DNA of 32,000 nt from Candidatus Arthromitus sp. SFB-mouse-Japan (GCF_000270205.1 NC_015913.1:510001-542000); one strand, 5' to 3'. Positions 1-8,677 are shown, counted from the stretch's first letter. Notes: generated by a model not told the origin, from the letters alone. Translations and numbers: made by a program.

Positions 1-239
1 ATGAGATTTTATATAATATACTTCCTTTGTATCATATCGATGAAGAAGAATGGGAGAAGCATAAAAGCTTAATTGTGAATCACTACAATGTGTGGGGTGA
101 TTTTTCTAAGAAAGTTATAAATAAAGAGATGGTAGATTTTGAAAATTTAGAAAGCGATGGTTCTGTTAAGATGACCCAATATGGTGATGATATAAAAGTT
201 ATAGCTAATTTTACAGATAGTGAATATGATTATGGGTAG
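1..239 (+). CDS. 3' end of a protein-coding gene running off the left window edge (function unknown)
   Basis: The frame is open from nt 3 (EILYNILPLYHIDEEEW...) to TAG at 237-239. ORF-track entry 27..239 is only the part after an internal TTG. No family recognised with confidence. Confidence 0.45.
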   Translation, partial: EILYNILPLYHIDEEEWEKHKSLIVNHYNVWGDFSKKVINKEMVDFENLESDGSVKMTQYGDDIKVIANFTDSEYDYG

Positions 240-400
240 ATTAAGATATCTCCAAAATCTGTTTTAATTAAAAATGATAATGGAGAATTGGTACATTATA
301 CACCTTGAGTATAAGTTTTATGGTTGTAATTTAGTTTGATTTTTATTACAATAAAGCAATGAATATTTATTCTAAAGATATGTTCTAGAAGGAGAATAGT

Positions 401-1084
401 ATGGGTAATCAATCCATTGTAAGAATAAAAAATTTTCAAGCTGATTATGATTTTAGGATTTGCAATTTAAGTGTGAGTATTTATTGTGTTGGAAGTGGAA
501 ATCTAGTTTTAGATATGATAAATAAACAAACTAAGGAATTAGTTCTTGAAAACATAGAAGTTAGGGATGGGACTCAATCGATTCAGTGTGATTTGGATAA
601 CGGAATATATAATTTTAAGATATATGAGGTTTTTTCTAGAGAAGATGTTTCTGATAGGTATTTGTTATATGAAGCAAATTTTACATATAGTAATCCTTAT
701 GATGCTAAAGATGGGGAGATAATTATTAAGAATATCAAATATAAGTGTGATGAGTATGCATTAAGATATTATTATAAAATTACAGATATCGTTAATGATG
801 AAGAAAATAAAAATATATCTTATGCTAAGATGGTTGGATACGATAAGTTTGATATATTAAAAAGTATAAATGAGCCATATGAGATTAGGATTACTTATTT
901 AGATGAAAAACAAAAAGAGATTTTCATAGAATTTGAAGAAGATGGGGAGTATATGTATTTTTTATTTCATAGAGATAAGAGGATGCTCCTTAAGGAAGAA
1001 GATAAAAATGATCAAATAAATTATGAGAGATATTTTGAGTTAATGGATGAGAATAGCAGTTATTTAACTACTAATTATAGATAG
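401..1084 (+). CDS. hypothetical protein (227 aa, no signal peptide, no recognised motif)
   Basis: ATG preceded by AAGGAG at 389-394 (6-nt spacer). Followed directly by a strong hairpin terminator. No family recognised. Confidence 0.6.
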   Translation: MGNQSIVRIKNFQADYDFRICNLSVSIYCVGSGNLVLDMINKQTKELVLENIEVRDGTQSIQCDLDNGIYNFKIYEVFSREDVSDRYLLYEANFTYSNPYDAKDGEIIIKNIKYKCDEYALRYYYKITDIVNDEENKNISYAKMVGYDKFDILKSINEPYEIRITYLDEKQKEIFIEFEEDGEYMYFLFHRDKRMLLKEEDKNDQINYERYFELMDENSSYLTTNYR

Positions 1085-1118
1085 AGGTATCACTTTTAAA
1101 GTGATACCTCTTTTATTT
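1084..1118 (+). terminator. rho-independent terminator
   Basis: 10-bp perfect stem gaggtatcac / gtgatacctc (1084-1093 / 1101-1110) followed by ttttattt. Confidence 0.8.
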
Positions 1119-1138
1119 GTTAATATGTATTGATTTAT

Positions 1139-1714
1139 TTATAAATCTACAAATCTTGGGAAGAGTATGGAATTTTCTATCTGTGAATGAGTTATAACAT
1201 CATCTTTAAATTCCTTTAATTCAAGATAAAATTTAGATATGCTTCCACATGCATTTTTTGGAGCCACAAAATCATTTGTAAGATCAGTTATCTTTTTTAG
1301 TGAAGGTCCTATTACATAGTGTTCTTCTACAGCTTCTTTTATAGATCTTTCCATTAATTCATATTCAGGACTATTTTTTGTGATTTTTTGTGAATTGAAT
1401 TTTTTCATAGGTTCAAAAATTAACTTTTCTTCTAATATTAAATGAGATTCAAATATACCTCTTATTTTTGAAAATATTTCATGTATTTCCCAAAATAAGT
1501 CTTTGTACTCGTGGATATGGTGATCCATAATTTTTAATAATGTTTTAGTTAAATTTGGTATTGTTTTTCTAAGATTTGCATGATAATGATCTATGATAAA
1601 AGATATAATTTCATCTGAACTTTTTGATAAAAAATCTTCGAATTTTATAGTCTTTTTTAATTCACCAAATTGTAAAAAGTTACCTTGAGCAGGCTTCTTA
1701 TTATCTAATTCCAT
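1139..1714 (-). CDS. hemerythrin-like di-iron domain protein (RIC paralogue lacking the N-terminal ScdA_N domain)
   Basis: Aligns along its length with the C-terminal two thirds of the neighbouring 240-aa RIC protein (e.g. SHLILEEKLIFEP / SHLILEEENIFKT, HSQIENSILFPRF / HTQLENNVLFPRF). His/Glu-rich hemerythrin pattern. AAGGAG 7 nt upstream of the ATG. Confidence 0.7.
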   Translation of the reverse strand: MELDNKKPAQGNFLQFGELKKTIKFEDFLSKSSDEIISFIIDHYHANLRKTIPNLTKTLLKIMDHHIHEYKDLFWEIHEIFSKIRGIFESHLILEEKLIFEPMKKFNSQKITKNSPEYELMERSIKEAVEEHYVIGPSLKKITDLTNDFVAPKNACGSISKFYLELKEFKDDVITHSQIENSILFPRFVDL

Positions 1715-1803
1715 TGTAAAACTCCTTTTTAAATTAGTATATTTAATATTTTACAATAGTTTAATAATTATTAAAAGAGAAATAGCAATTAGGGAATTTT
1801 TGA

Positions 1804-2526
1804 TCATTCAGTAAACCTTGGGAATAAAACATTATTCTCAAGTTGTGTATGAGCCATTAAGTGATTTTGGAGTTTTTGGAGATTTTCGTATACTTTTATT
1901 ACTGTATTACAAGCATCTTGTGGTGGAGTGTAGTTGTTTGTGATATCTGAAATTTGATTTAAATATGGTCCTACAACTGAATGTTCGGTTATCGATTCAT
2001 TTATTGAGCAGATCATTGTTTTATATTCTACACTGTCTTTGTTAATTTTATTTGATTCGATAGATATCATAGTTTTGAAAATATTTTCTTCTTCAAGTAT
2101 GAGATGAGATTCCAATAAAATTTGGATTTTTCCAAATAACTCATGAATTTTCCAAAATAGTTCTTTATGATTTTTTATATGAGCCCTCATAATTTTTAAT
2201 ATTAATTTGCTGATTTCTGGAAGATCACATCTTAATTCTTCATGGAAATGATTGATTATGAAATCTATGATATCTTTTGATGGTTTTAATAAAAAATCTG
2301 TTGATTTTAATATTTCGTCTTTACTATAATTTTGTATTTTATTGGATTTAATCTCTTTATAAAGTTCATTTAAAATTTCCACATTTTCAATATTAAGTTC
2401 AATAAGAACGTTCTTTAATTTCTTTTGTCCTCCACAGCAAAAGTCAATTTTATATTTGTCAAAAAAGTTTTTGGAATTTGGAAATTTATTTAGTATATCT
2501 CCAATTTTTTCGTTCAATAAGTCCAT
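1804..2526 (-). CDS. ric: iron-sulfur cluster repair di-iron protein (RIC; ScdA/YtfE family)
   Basis: N-terminal ScdA_N-type segment with the IDFCCGG motif (KYKIDFCCGGQKKL). It is followed by a hemerythrin-like domain (HFHEELR, HELF, SHLILEEE, HTQLEN..LFPRF). AGGAGG RBS upstream of the ATG. Confidence 0.8.
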   Translation of the reverse strand: MDLLNEKIGDILNKFPNSKNFFDKYKIDFCCGGQKKLKNVLIELNIENVEILNELYKEIKSNKIQNYSKDEILKSTDFLLKPSKDIIDFIINHFHEELRCDLPEISKLILKIMRAHIKNHKELFWKIHELFGKIQILLESHLILEEENIFKTMISIESNKINKDSVEYKTMICSINESITEHSVVGPYLNQISDITNNYTPPQDACNTVIKVYENLQKLQNHLMAHTQLENNVLFPRFTE

Positions 2527-2602
2527 TTTATGCCTCCTATATATAATTTTTATTTTAGTATTATATTAGTATTCTAATATAATTAAATATCTAAACGCAA
2601 AA

Positions 2603-2631
2603 AACCGATATATTTTAAAAATATATCGGTT
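2603..2631. promoter_or_regulatory. 29-nt perfect palindrome. It reads as an intrinsic-terminator-like hairpin on the minus strand or as a possible operator
   Basis: aaccgatatatttt-a-aaaatatatcggtt has 14-nt arms, checked base by base. On the minus strand it is followed by a T6 run (A run at 2599-2604). It lies 77-105 nt upstream of the ric start codon, and no minus-strand gene ends there. Confidence 0.4.
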
Positions 2632-2804
2632 AAAAATAGGGAAAACGGAGTGTTATATTATGATTAAGTAATTGAAAAGTTTAAAATGTACCTTTGTACA
2701 TTAACTATATCGTATATATTATTTAAATATTTATAGTTTGAAATAAAAAAATATATTATGTACATAATAAAAATTTACTAAGTAATAATTTATGAGGTAA
2801 ATTT

Positions 2805-4085
2805 ATGTTGAAGTTTAAAAATGTATTGATAAAATTCATGATATTTTGTATGTGCTTAAATTTACTTTGTGCGTCAGAAGATACTTTTAACCAAGAGATT
2901 GATAAGAATAATAAGAAAATTAGAGAATTATATGAATCTGATGTTAAGTTTAATACAGAAATGGATTTGATACAGAAGAAACTTCTAGAATTGAGTGGTG
3001 AGATTGACAAAAAACAGAAAATTGTAGAAGAGTATAGTAAACAGATAGAGTTAAGTGAACAAAAAATTTATGATGCAAATAAAACTATAGAGAGTTTAAA
3101 TAATGAGATTAATGAACTTGAAGAAGTAATTCATCAGAATTTATTGGATGTTCAAAAATATGAAGAAGAGATAAAAAAGTTTAAACAAATTATTGATAAT
3201 AGATTGAGAAATTTATATAAAAACATAGATACATATACAAATAATTTAATTAGAATTTTTTATACCTCAGAGAATGTAATAGATTGTATTGATAAAGTTG
3301 TGAGCATGAATAAATTTTTGGAAATAGATAGAATTACAATTGAAAAATTTGTAAATAATATTGATTTAATAAAGGTAAAGAACCAAAATATTGAATTTTC
3401 AAAAGGTTTGATTGAAGATAAGATAAAACTTGTAAATGAAACCATAGCTGAGAATGATAGGAATTTGCAAAATATGGAACAGCAGAAAAATGAAAAGCAA
3501 AAGCAATTGGATGACATTAATCAATTAAATGCACAGTTGAATGCACAATATGAGAATTTATCTGAAGATAAAAAACAAATTCAACAAGAGATTATAAGAA
3601 TCCAAGAAGATAATATAAAATTACAGAATGAATTAAAGAAATATATGGAAGAGCTTAATAAAAATAATAAGGATGCAAAAAAGAAAGTTAAGTATGGTAA
3701 ATATTTGAAACCTGTTAATGGAAAGATAACATCAAGGTTTGGAAAGAGAGTACATCCTGTAACTGGGAAAGAAAGTAATCATACAGGGATTGATATTGCA
3801 GCACCAATGGGTGAAAATGTAAGGTCATCTTTGGGTGGTGAGGTTGTTTTTTCAGGATGGCATGGTAATGTTTATGGGAATGTAGTTATAGTAAATCATG
3901 GGAATAATATACAAACTTTCTATGGTCATTTAAGTAAAGTTTTGGTTAAACAAGGAGAGGAACTTAAACAAGGGGATGTAATTGCAAAAGTTGGAACTAC
4001 AGGGCTAAGCACAGGACCACATTTACATTTTGAAATTTATGTAAATGGTGAAAGAGTTGATCCAGAAAAAAGAATTTTCAAATAG
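2805..4085 (+). CDS. M23 family peptidoglycan metalloendopeptidase with N-terminal signal peptide and long coiled coil (EnvC-like architecture)
   Basis: C-terminal LytM/M23 motifs HTGIDIAAP ... GHLS ... TGPHLHFEI. Hydrophobic N-terminus (IKFMIFCMCLNLLCA). About 280 aa of K/E/N/Q-rich heptad-like sequence. GAGGT RBS 6 nt before the ATG. Confidence 0.85.
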   Translation: MLKFKNVLIKFMIFCMCLNLLCASEDTFNQEIDKNNKKIRELYESDVKFNTEMDLIQKKLLELSGEIDKKQKIVEEYSKQIELSEQKIYDANKTIESLNNEINELEEVIHQNLLDVQKYEEEIKKFKQIIDNRLRNLYKNIDTYTNNLIRIFYTSENVIDCIDKVVSMNKFLEIDRITIEKFVNNIDLIKVKNQNIEFSKGLIEDKIKLVNETIAENDRNLQNMEQQKNEKQKQLDDINQLNAQLNAQYENLSEDKKQIQQEIIRIQEDNIKLQNELKKYMEELNKNNKDAKKKVKYGKYLKPVNGKITSRFGKRVHPVTGKESNHTGIDIAAPMGENVRSSLGGEVVFSGWHGNVYGNVVIVNHGNNIQTFYGHLSKVLVKQGEELKQGDVIAKVGTTGLSTGPHLHFEIYVNGERVDPEKRIFK

Positions 4086-4281
4086 AAAATTGAAAATTAT
4101 TGAATACAAAAGTTAAATAATTGAAATAACTAAAACGGTATGAATTACCATTCAACTGTTTATAAAAAAATTATTTAATTTAAATAAAAATTATCATAAA
4201 AAATGTTTTAAATTATAAATTAATGAGCATTATTAATTAGTAGATTAAAATTTGTATATTTAAGATAAAAAGCAACATATA

Positions 4282-5208
4282 ATGTACGGTGATATGAAGG
4301 GAGTGATATATTTGGTATTAGTCAGAGTAGTTTATGAGGGAAAAGAAAAAATATTGAATGATATAAAAGATGCTCTAAGAAGTATGGAACAATATGAAAC
4401 TTCACTAAGAGTTTCAATTAAAAAATTTCAGAATATAAGTTTTATAGACATTGAATGTGATCCCTTAAAATATGCAGATAGATTGAAGGATGGGGTTATA
4501 AATACTGTAGCTAAGGGAATTTATAGCTTTGTAATAGATATATTTATTAATAAAGAAATGGACTATTTTTTTGATAATTCTTATTTTTTTATTAAATATG
4601 ATGAAATTTCTGATGTTAAAGAAAAAATAATAGATATACTTGAAAATGATGATTTTGGTGAAGAAATTGATTCATTTTGTTTTAGTAAGAAACAGGATAT
4701 ATTAAATAAAATCATCAAATGTATAGATGAAAATAATGAAATAAATATAAATGGATTTATTAGATTTAGATTAAGAGAATTATTAAATGATTTTGAAATG
4801 ATCGTTGATAGAGTTGTAGAACGATATATGGTTGAGAAGGAGTATAATGAATTTATAAAGCTTCTTAAGTATTTTGTAGATGTACAGGAAAATAAAATTG
4901 ATGAGGTTAATATTATAATAGATAAATTAGGCAACTATACGATATTAGATGGGCAACACAATGATATATATGATTTGTTTTTGGATGATTTAAATGATTT
5001 TAATATGTCTTCTATGATGGTTAATAAAGATGATTTATTAATAAGTGGACTTATAACTAATTCTCCAAATAAGATAGTTATTCACGGGGTAAAGAATAGC
5101 ATAAATATAGAAATAATTGAAACAATAAAACAGGTTTTTGAAAACAAGGTTGAGTTTTGTTGTGGATGTTTGGATTGTGTAGAAATTGCCAATAAATTAA
5201 TAAAATAA
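4282..5208 (+). CDS. ytxC: YtxC-like sporulation-associated protein
   Basis: The central segment FIRFRLRELLNDFEMIVDRVVERYMVEKEYNEFIKLLKYFVDVQ matches the conserved core I remember for YtxC-like proteins. The true start is more likely TTG 4312 (GGGAG at 4298-4302) or ATG 4294 than 4282. Confidence 0.6.
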   Translation: MYGDMKGVIYLVLVRVVYEGKEKILNDIKDALRSMEQYETSLRVSIKKFQNISFIDIECDPLKYADRLKDGVINTVAKGIYSFVIDIFINKEMDYFFDNSYFFIKYDEISDVKEKIIDILENDDFGEEIDSFCFSKKQDILNKIIKCIDENNEININGFIRFRLRELLNDFEMIVDRVVERYMVEKEYNEFIKLLKYFVDVQENKIDEVNIIIDKLGNYTILDGQHNDIYDLFLDDLNDFNMSSMMVNKDDLLISGLITNSPNKIVIHGVKNSINIEIIETIKQVFENKVEFCCGCLDCVEIANKLIK

Positions 5209-5212
5209 ATTA

Positions 5213-5241
5213 TTTACAAATAGTTTGAAATGATTTATAAT
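5213..5241 (+). promoter_or_regulatory. sigma-A type promoter of the infC-rpmI-rplT operon
   Basis: TTTACA (5213-5218), 17-nt spacer, TATAAT (5236-5241), immediately after the ytxC-like stop codon. Confidence 0.55.
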
Positions 5242-5247
5242 AGTTTC

Positions 5248-5400
5248 AGATTTAAGAAGAGACTGCCGTTTCTCACCTTGGGGCTAAAGCTACCTAGGTA
5301 ACCTGAAGTTTTTTATTTATCGTTGAATTTTTTTGTTCGATGGTGTAGGTTTGCTTATTTAGAGGACGGTATATAATTATACCGTCCTCTTTTGTTTTTT
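5248..5400 (+). promoter_or_regulatory. ribosomal protein L20 leader (infC operon attenuator) ending in an intrinsic terminator
   Basis: The leader is GC-richer and looks structured (gactgccgtttctcaccttggggctaaagctacctaggtaacctg). It ends in a 13-bp perfect hairpin agaggacggtata / tataccgtcctct (5361-5373 / 5378-5390) plus tttgtttttt, about 48 nt before the infC start. This arrangement is known for Firmicute L20-mediated attenuation. Rfam membership was not tested. Confidence 0.65.
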
Positions 5401-5447
5401 AAGGTAGATTGATTTTTAAATTCGTAAATTATTTGGAGGTGGCTAAT

Positions 5448-5957
5448 ATAGCAAAGGATGTTCAAATTAATGGTGAAATTAAATTTAAAGAGTTGAGAGT
5501 TATAGATAGTGATGGTTCTCAGCTTGGTATTATGCAAGCGAGAGATGCTTTGAGAATTGCAGAGGATAGAGAATTAGATTTAGTAGTTATTTCACCAACT
5601 GCGAATCCACCAGTATCTAGGATAATGGATTATGGTAAGCATGTTTATGAGTTGTCTAAGAGACAAAAAGAAGCAAGAAAGAATCAAAAAACTATAAATA
5701 TTAAAGAGATAAGAGTTAGTCCGTCGATAGAGGAACATGATATTAACATAAAGGCTAATAATGCTAAAAAGTTTCTTAAGAGTGGAGATAAGGTAAAGAT
5801 TACTGTAAGATTTAGAGGAAGAGAAGCGGACTATAGTTACATAGGAGAGAAAATATTAGACAATTTTGTTGAAATATTAAAAGAATATGGAGCTCCAGAT
5901 AAGAAAGCTAAACTAGAGGGTAGAAACATGAGCTTAATTATGTCTCCAAAGAAATAA
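5448..5957 (+). CDS. infC: translation initiation factor IF-3
   Basis: IAKDVQINGEIKFKELRVIDSDGSQLGIM...NPPVSRIMDYGK is a typical IF-3 sequence. GGAGG at 5435-5439 sits 8 nt upstream of ATA 5448, which matches the normal IF-3 N-terminus. The ORF-track start at 5409 (TTG) has no RBS. Confidence 0.9.
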   Translation: MAKDVQINGEIKFKELRVIDSDGSQLGIMQARDALRIAEDRELDLVVISPTANPPVSRIMDYGKHVYELSKRQKEARKNQKTINIKEIRVSPSIEEHDINIKANNAKKFLKSGDKVKITVRFRGREADYSYIGEKILDNFVEILKEYGAPDKKAKLEGRNMSLIMSPKK

Positions 5958-5990
5958 TAAATATTAACGATTTATGGGAGGTATTTTGAG

Positions 5991-6188
5991 ATGCCAAAAA
6001 TGAAAACTAAGAAAGCTATTTCAAAAAGATTTAGAGTTACGGGAACTGGAAATTTGAAAAGAGCACGCGCCTTTAAACAACATATTCTTACTAAGAAGTC
6101 TGCAAAGAGGAAGAGAAATTTAAGAAAAGTTGGTTATGTTTCAGTTACACAATTAAAGACTATGAAAAAATTATTACCATATGTTTAG
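5991..6188 (+). CDS. rpmI: 50S ribosomal protein L35
   Basis: [20 protein letters not shown].. is a typical L35 sequence. GGGAGG RBS present. Position between infC and rplT. Confidence 0.95.
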   Translation: MPKMKTKKAISKRFRVTGTGNLKRARAFKQHILTKKSAKRKRNLRKVGYVSVTQLKTMKKLLPYV

Positions 6189-6207
6189 AAGTTGGAGGTA
6201 GGAATAA

Positions 6208-6567
6208 ATGGCTAGAGTTAAGAGAGCTGTTAATGCACGTAAGAATCATAAAAAAGTGTTGAAATTAGCTAAGGGTTATTATGGAGCAAAATCAAAGTTA
6301 TTCAAAACTGCTAATGAAACGGTTATTCGTGCTTTGTGGAATTCTTATGTAGGAAGAAGATTAAGAAAGCGTGACTTTAGGAAACTTTGGATAATAAGAA
6401 TAAATGCTGGTGTTAGGGAGCATGGATTAAGTTATTCAAGATTTATATTTGGTTTAAAGAATGCTAATATTAATATAAATAGAAAAATGTTATCAGAGAT
6501 GGCTATAAATGACAAAACTGCTTTTGCTGAACTTGTGAGGATTGCTAAGGAAAATTTGAATAAATAA
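6208..6567 (+). CDS. rplT: 50S ribosomal protein L20
   Basis: [26 protein letters not shown]... is a typical L20 sequence. GGAGG RBS present. Confidence 0.95.
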   Translation: MARVKRAVNARKNHKKVLKLAKGYYGAKSKLFKTANETVIRALWNSYVGRRLRKRDFRKLWIIRINAGVREHGLSYSRFIFGLKNANININRKMLSEMAINDKTAFAELVRIAKENLNK

Positions 6568-6597
6568 ATGCGACTTTTTTTGTCGCATTTATTTTTA
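6566..6597 (+). terminator. rho-independent terminator after rplT
   Basis: Stem aaatgcgac / gtcgcattt (6566-6574 / 6582-6590), T7 loop, then atttttat. Confidence 0.8.
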
Positions 6598-6607
6598 TAT
6601 TAAAGAT

Positions 6608-7966
6608 GTGAGGATTAAATTGAAAAATTTTAAAAAATTGTATCCTGTACAAATATTAGCATTGTTTTTTATAGTGGTAATAATAATTGGCAGTTTTTTA
6701 TTAACTATGCCTATTTCTAGTAGTTCAGGTGTAATGACTAATTATCTAGATGCTTTGTTTACAGCTACTTCTGCTACTTCTGTTACTGGTCTCGTAACTT
6801 TAGATACTGGTACATATTGGAGTCCATTTGGAACAACAGTAATTTTAATGTTAATACAAATTGGTGGACTTGGCATAATGTCATTTACTACATTTGGAGT
6901 CCTTAAATATGGAAATAAAATTTCTTTGTATACTAGTCTTTTGATGAAAGAGGCTTTGAATGTAGATGAGTTCCAGGGAATGTCTCGTATGATTCGATAT
7001 GTAATTATATTTGTTGTGGCTGTTGAATTACTTGGGATGATTTTTTTAAGTTTTGTATTTGTACCTAAGTATGGTTTATTTCATGGACTTTATGTGAGTT
7101 TGTTTACATCTATATCTGCATTTTGTAATGCAGGATTTGATATATTTGGAAATTTTTCTAGTCTTACATCTTACTATAGTAGTGCTTATGTTCTTATTAT
7201 ATGCATGGCTCTTATAATATTAGGAGGTATAGGATTTAGTGTAATAACTGAGTTTATAATTTACAGGTATACAAAAAAAATATCAGTCACGACTAAGGTT
7301 GTATTAGTTACTACGTTTTTTTTGGTATTAATAGGAGCGGCTTTATATTTTATATTTGAGTATGATAATCCATTGACTTTCCAAAACATGAGTTTAGGTA
7401 ATAAAGTGTTAAATAGTATTTTTTCATCAGTATCCCCAAGAACTGCAGGATTTAATTCTATAGATCTAAGTGGTATTAGGTCTGGAACAGTATTTTTAAC
7501 GTGTATTCTTATGCTTATAGGTGGATCACCTGGGTCGACAGCAGGAGGAATAAAAACTACAACATTTGGTGTTATAATATTATCAATATACCATTACATA
7601 AGAAATAAAAATAGAACTATTGTATTAGGAAAGGAAATACCTGCAAAAACAATAAATAAGGCTTTTATTGTATCATTTGTGGCTTTGTTTTTTATAAGTA
7701 CATTTGTTATATTAATCTCTATGACTAACAAGGATGCATCATTTAGATCTATAGTATTTGAAGTTTTTTCAGCTTTTAATACTGTTGGTTTGAGTTTGGG
7801 TCTTACTTCTGAACTTAATGGTTTAGGTAAAATATTGATTATTTTGGCTATGTATTTAGGAAGAGTTGGAACTTTGACTTTAATTTTTGCATTTACGAAT
7901 AAACATGATAACTCTAAAAAAAGTAGTAGTATAAAGTATCCAGAAGTTAAGATTACAGTTGGATAA
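6608..7966 (+). CDS. ktrB: TrkH/KtrB family potassium uptake membrane subunit
   Basis: Polytopic membrane protein with repeated pore-loop-like segments (TATSATSVTGL, CNAGFD, PRTAGFN, NTVGLSLG) typical of the Trk/Ktr family. Start is either GTG 6608 or, more likely, TTG 6620 (GAGGA at 6610-6614). Confidence 0.85.
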   Translation: MRIKLKNFKKLYPVQILALFFIVVIIIGSFLLTMPISSSSGVMTNYLDALFTATSATSVTGLVTLDTGTYWSPFGTTVILMLIQIGGLGIMSFTTFGVLKYGNKISLYTSLLMKEALNVDEFQGMSRMIRYVIIFVVAVELLGMIFLSFVFVPKYGLFHGLYVSLFTSISAFCNAGFDIFGNFSSLTSYYSSAYVLIICMALIILGGIGFSVITEFIIYRYTKKISVTTKVVLVTTFFLVLIGAALYFIFEYDNPLTFQNMSLGNKVLNSIFSSVSPRTAGFNSIDLSGIRSGTVFLTCILMLIGGSPGSTAGGIKTTTFGVIILSIYHYIRNKNRTIVLGKEIPAKTINKAFIVSFVALFFISTFVILISMTNKDASFRSIVFEVFSAFNTVGLSLGLTSELNGLGKILIILAMYLGRVGTLTLIFAFTNKHDNSKKSSSIKYPEVKITVG

Positions 7967-7988
7967 AAATTTTTAAGGAGATGTTTCT

Positions 7989-8672
7989 GTGAGGAAAAAA
8001 CAATTTGTTGTAATAGGGATAGGACGATTTGGTTTTAGCGTTGCTACGAGTCTTTATAGAGCAGGTTATGATGTGTTAGCGATAGATAAAGATTTAGAAA
8101 AGATTGAAGAAATTTCTACTGAGGTTACTCATGCTTTAGCACTTGATGCAACAGATGAGAAAGCATTATTTAGTGTTAATATTTCAGATTATGATACGGC
8201 CATAATTGCAATAGGAGGAAGTATACAAGAGAGTTTACTTGTTACCCTACTTGTGAAAGATGCAGGTATTTCTGATATTATTTGTAAAGGACAAGGAGAA
8301 CTTCATGGAAAGTTATTAAGAAAAATAGGGGCTCGTAGAGTTGTTCTTCCTGAACAAGAAATGGGATATAGGCTTGCAAATAATTTAAAATTTCAAAGTT
8401 TATTTGATTATATTGAAATATCTAGAGGATCTTCAATTGCAGAGTTTACTGCACCGAAAGAGTGGATTAATAAAACTATAGGTGAGATTGATATTAGAGC
8501 AAAACATGAAGTCATATTGATAGGTATTAAGAAGAGTCCAGATTGTGAAATGAACGTTGATATAAATGCTAATACAATAATTAAGGAAAATGATTTACTT
8601 ATACTTTTAGGTAGAGATGATAGGTTATGCAGGATACAAAATAAATTTACTTTTGTTCAAAAAGAGGATTAA
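7989..8672 (+). CDS. ktrA: TrkA/KtrA potassium uptake regulatory subunit (RCK N- and C-domains)
   Basis: Rossmann motif VVIGIGRFG at the N-terminus. Size (227 aa) and position after ktrB fit. AAGGAG 8 nt upstream of GTG 7989. Confidence 0.85.
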   Translation: MRKKQFVVIGIGRFGFSVATSLYRAGYDVLAIDKDLEKIEEISTEVTHALALDATDEKALFSVNISDYDTAIIAIGGSIQESLLVTLLVKDAGISDIICKGQGELHGKLLRKIGARRVVLPEQEMGYRLANNLKFQSLFDYIEISRGSSIAEFTAPKEWINKTIGEIDIRAKHEVILIGIKKSPDCEMNVDINANTIIKENDLLILLGRDDRLCRIQNKFTFVQKED

Positions 8673-8677
8673 AAGAA

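Noticed and set aside
237-239. The in-frame TAG as pyrrolysine or programmed read-through.
   Set aside because: No pyl genes or PYLIS-like context are visible in the window, and other genes here use TAG as an ordinary stop. A nonsense mutation or sequencing error is the simpler explanation.
2647-2671. A three-codon mini-ORF (ATG ATT AAG TAA at 2660-2671) with GGAG 9 nt upstream, in the ric / M23 intergenic region.
   Set aside because: It is too short to evaluate, and such combinations arise by chance in AT-rich intergenic DNA. It is noted only as a possible leader element.
6598-6607. A c-di-AMP (ydaO/kimA-type) riboswitch upstream of ktrB.
   Set aside because: Only about 10 nt separate the rplT terminator from the ktrB RBS, so there is no space for such an element.
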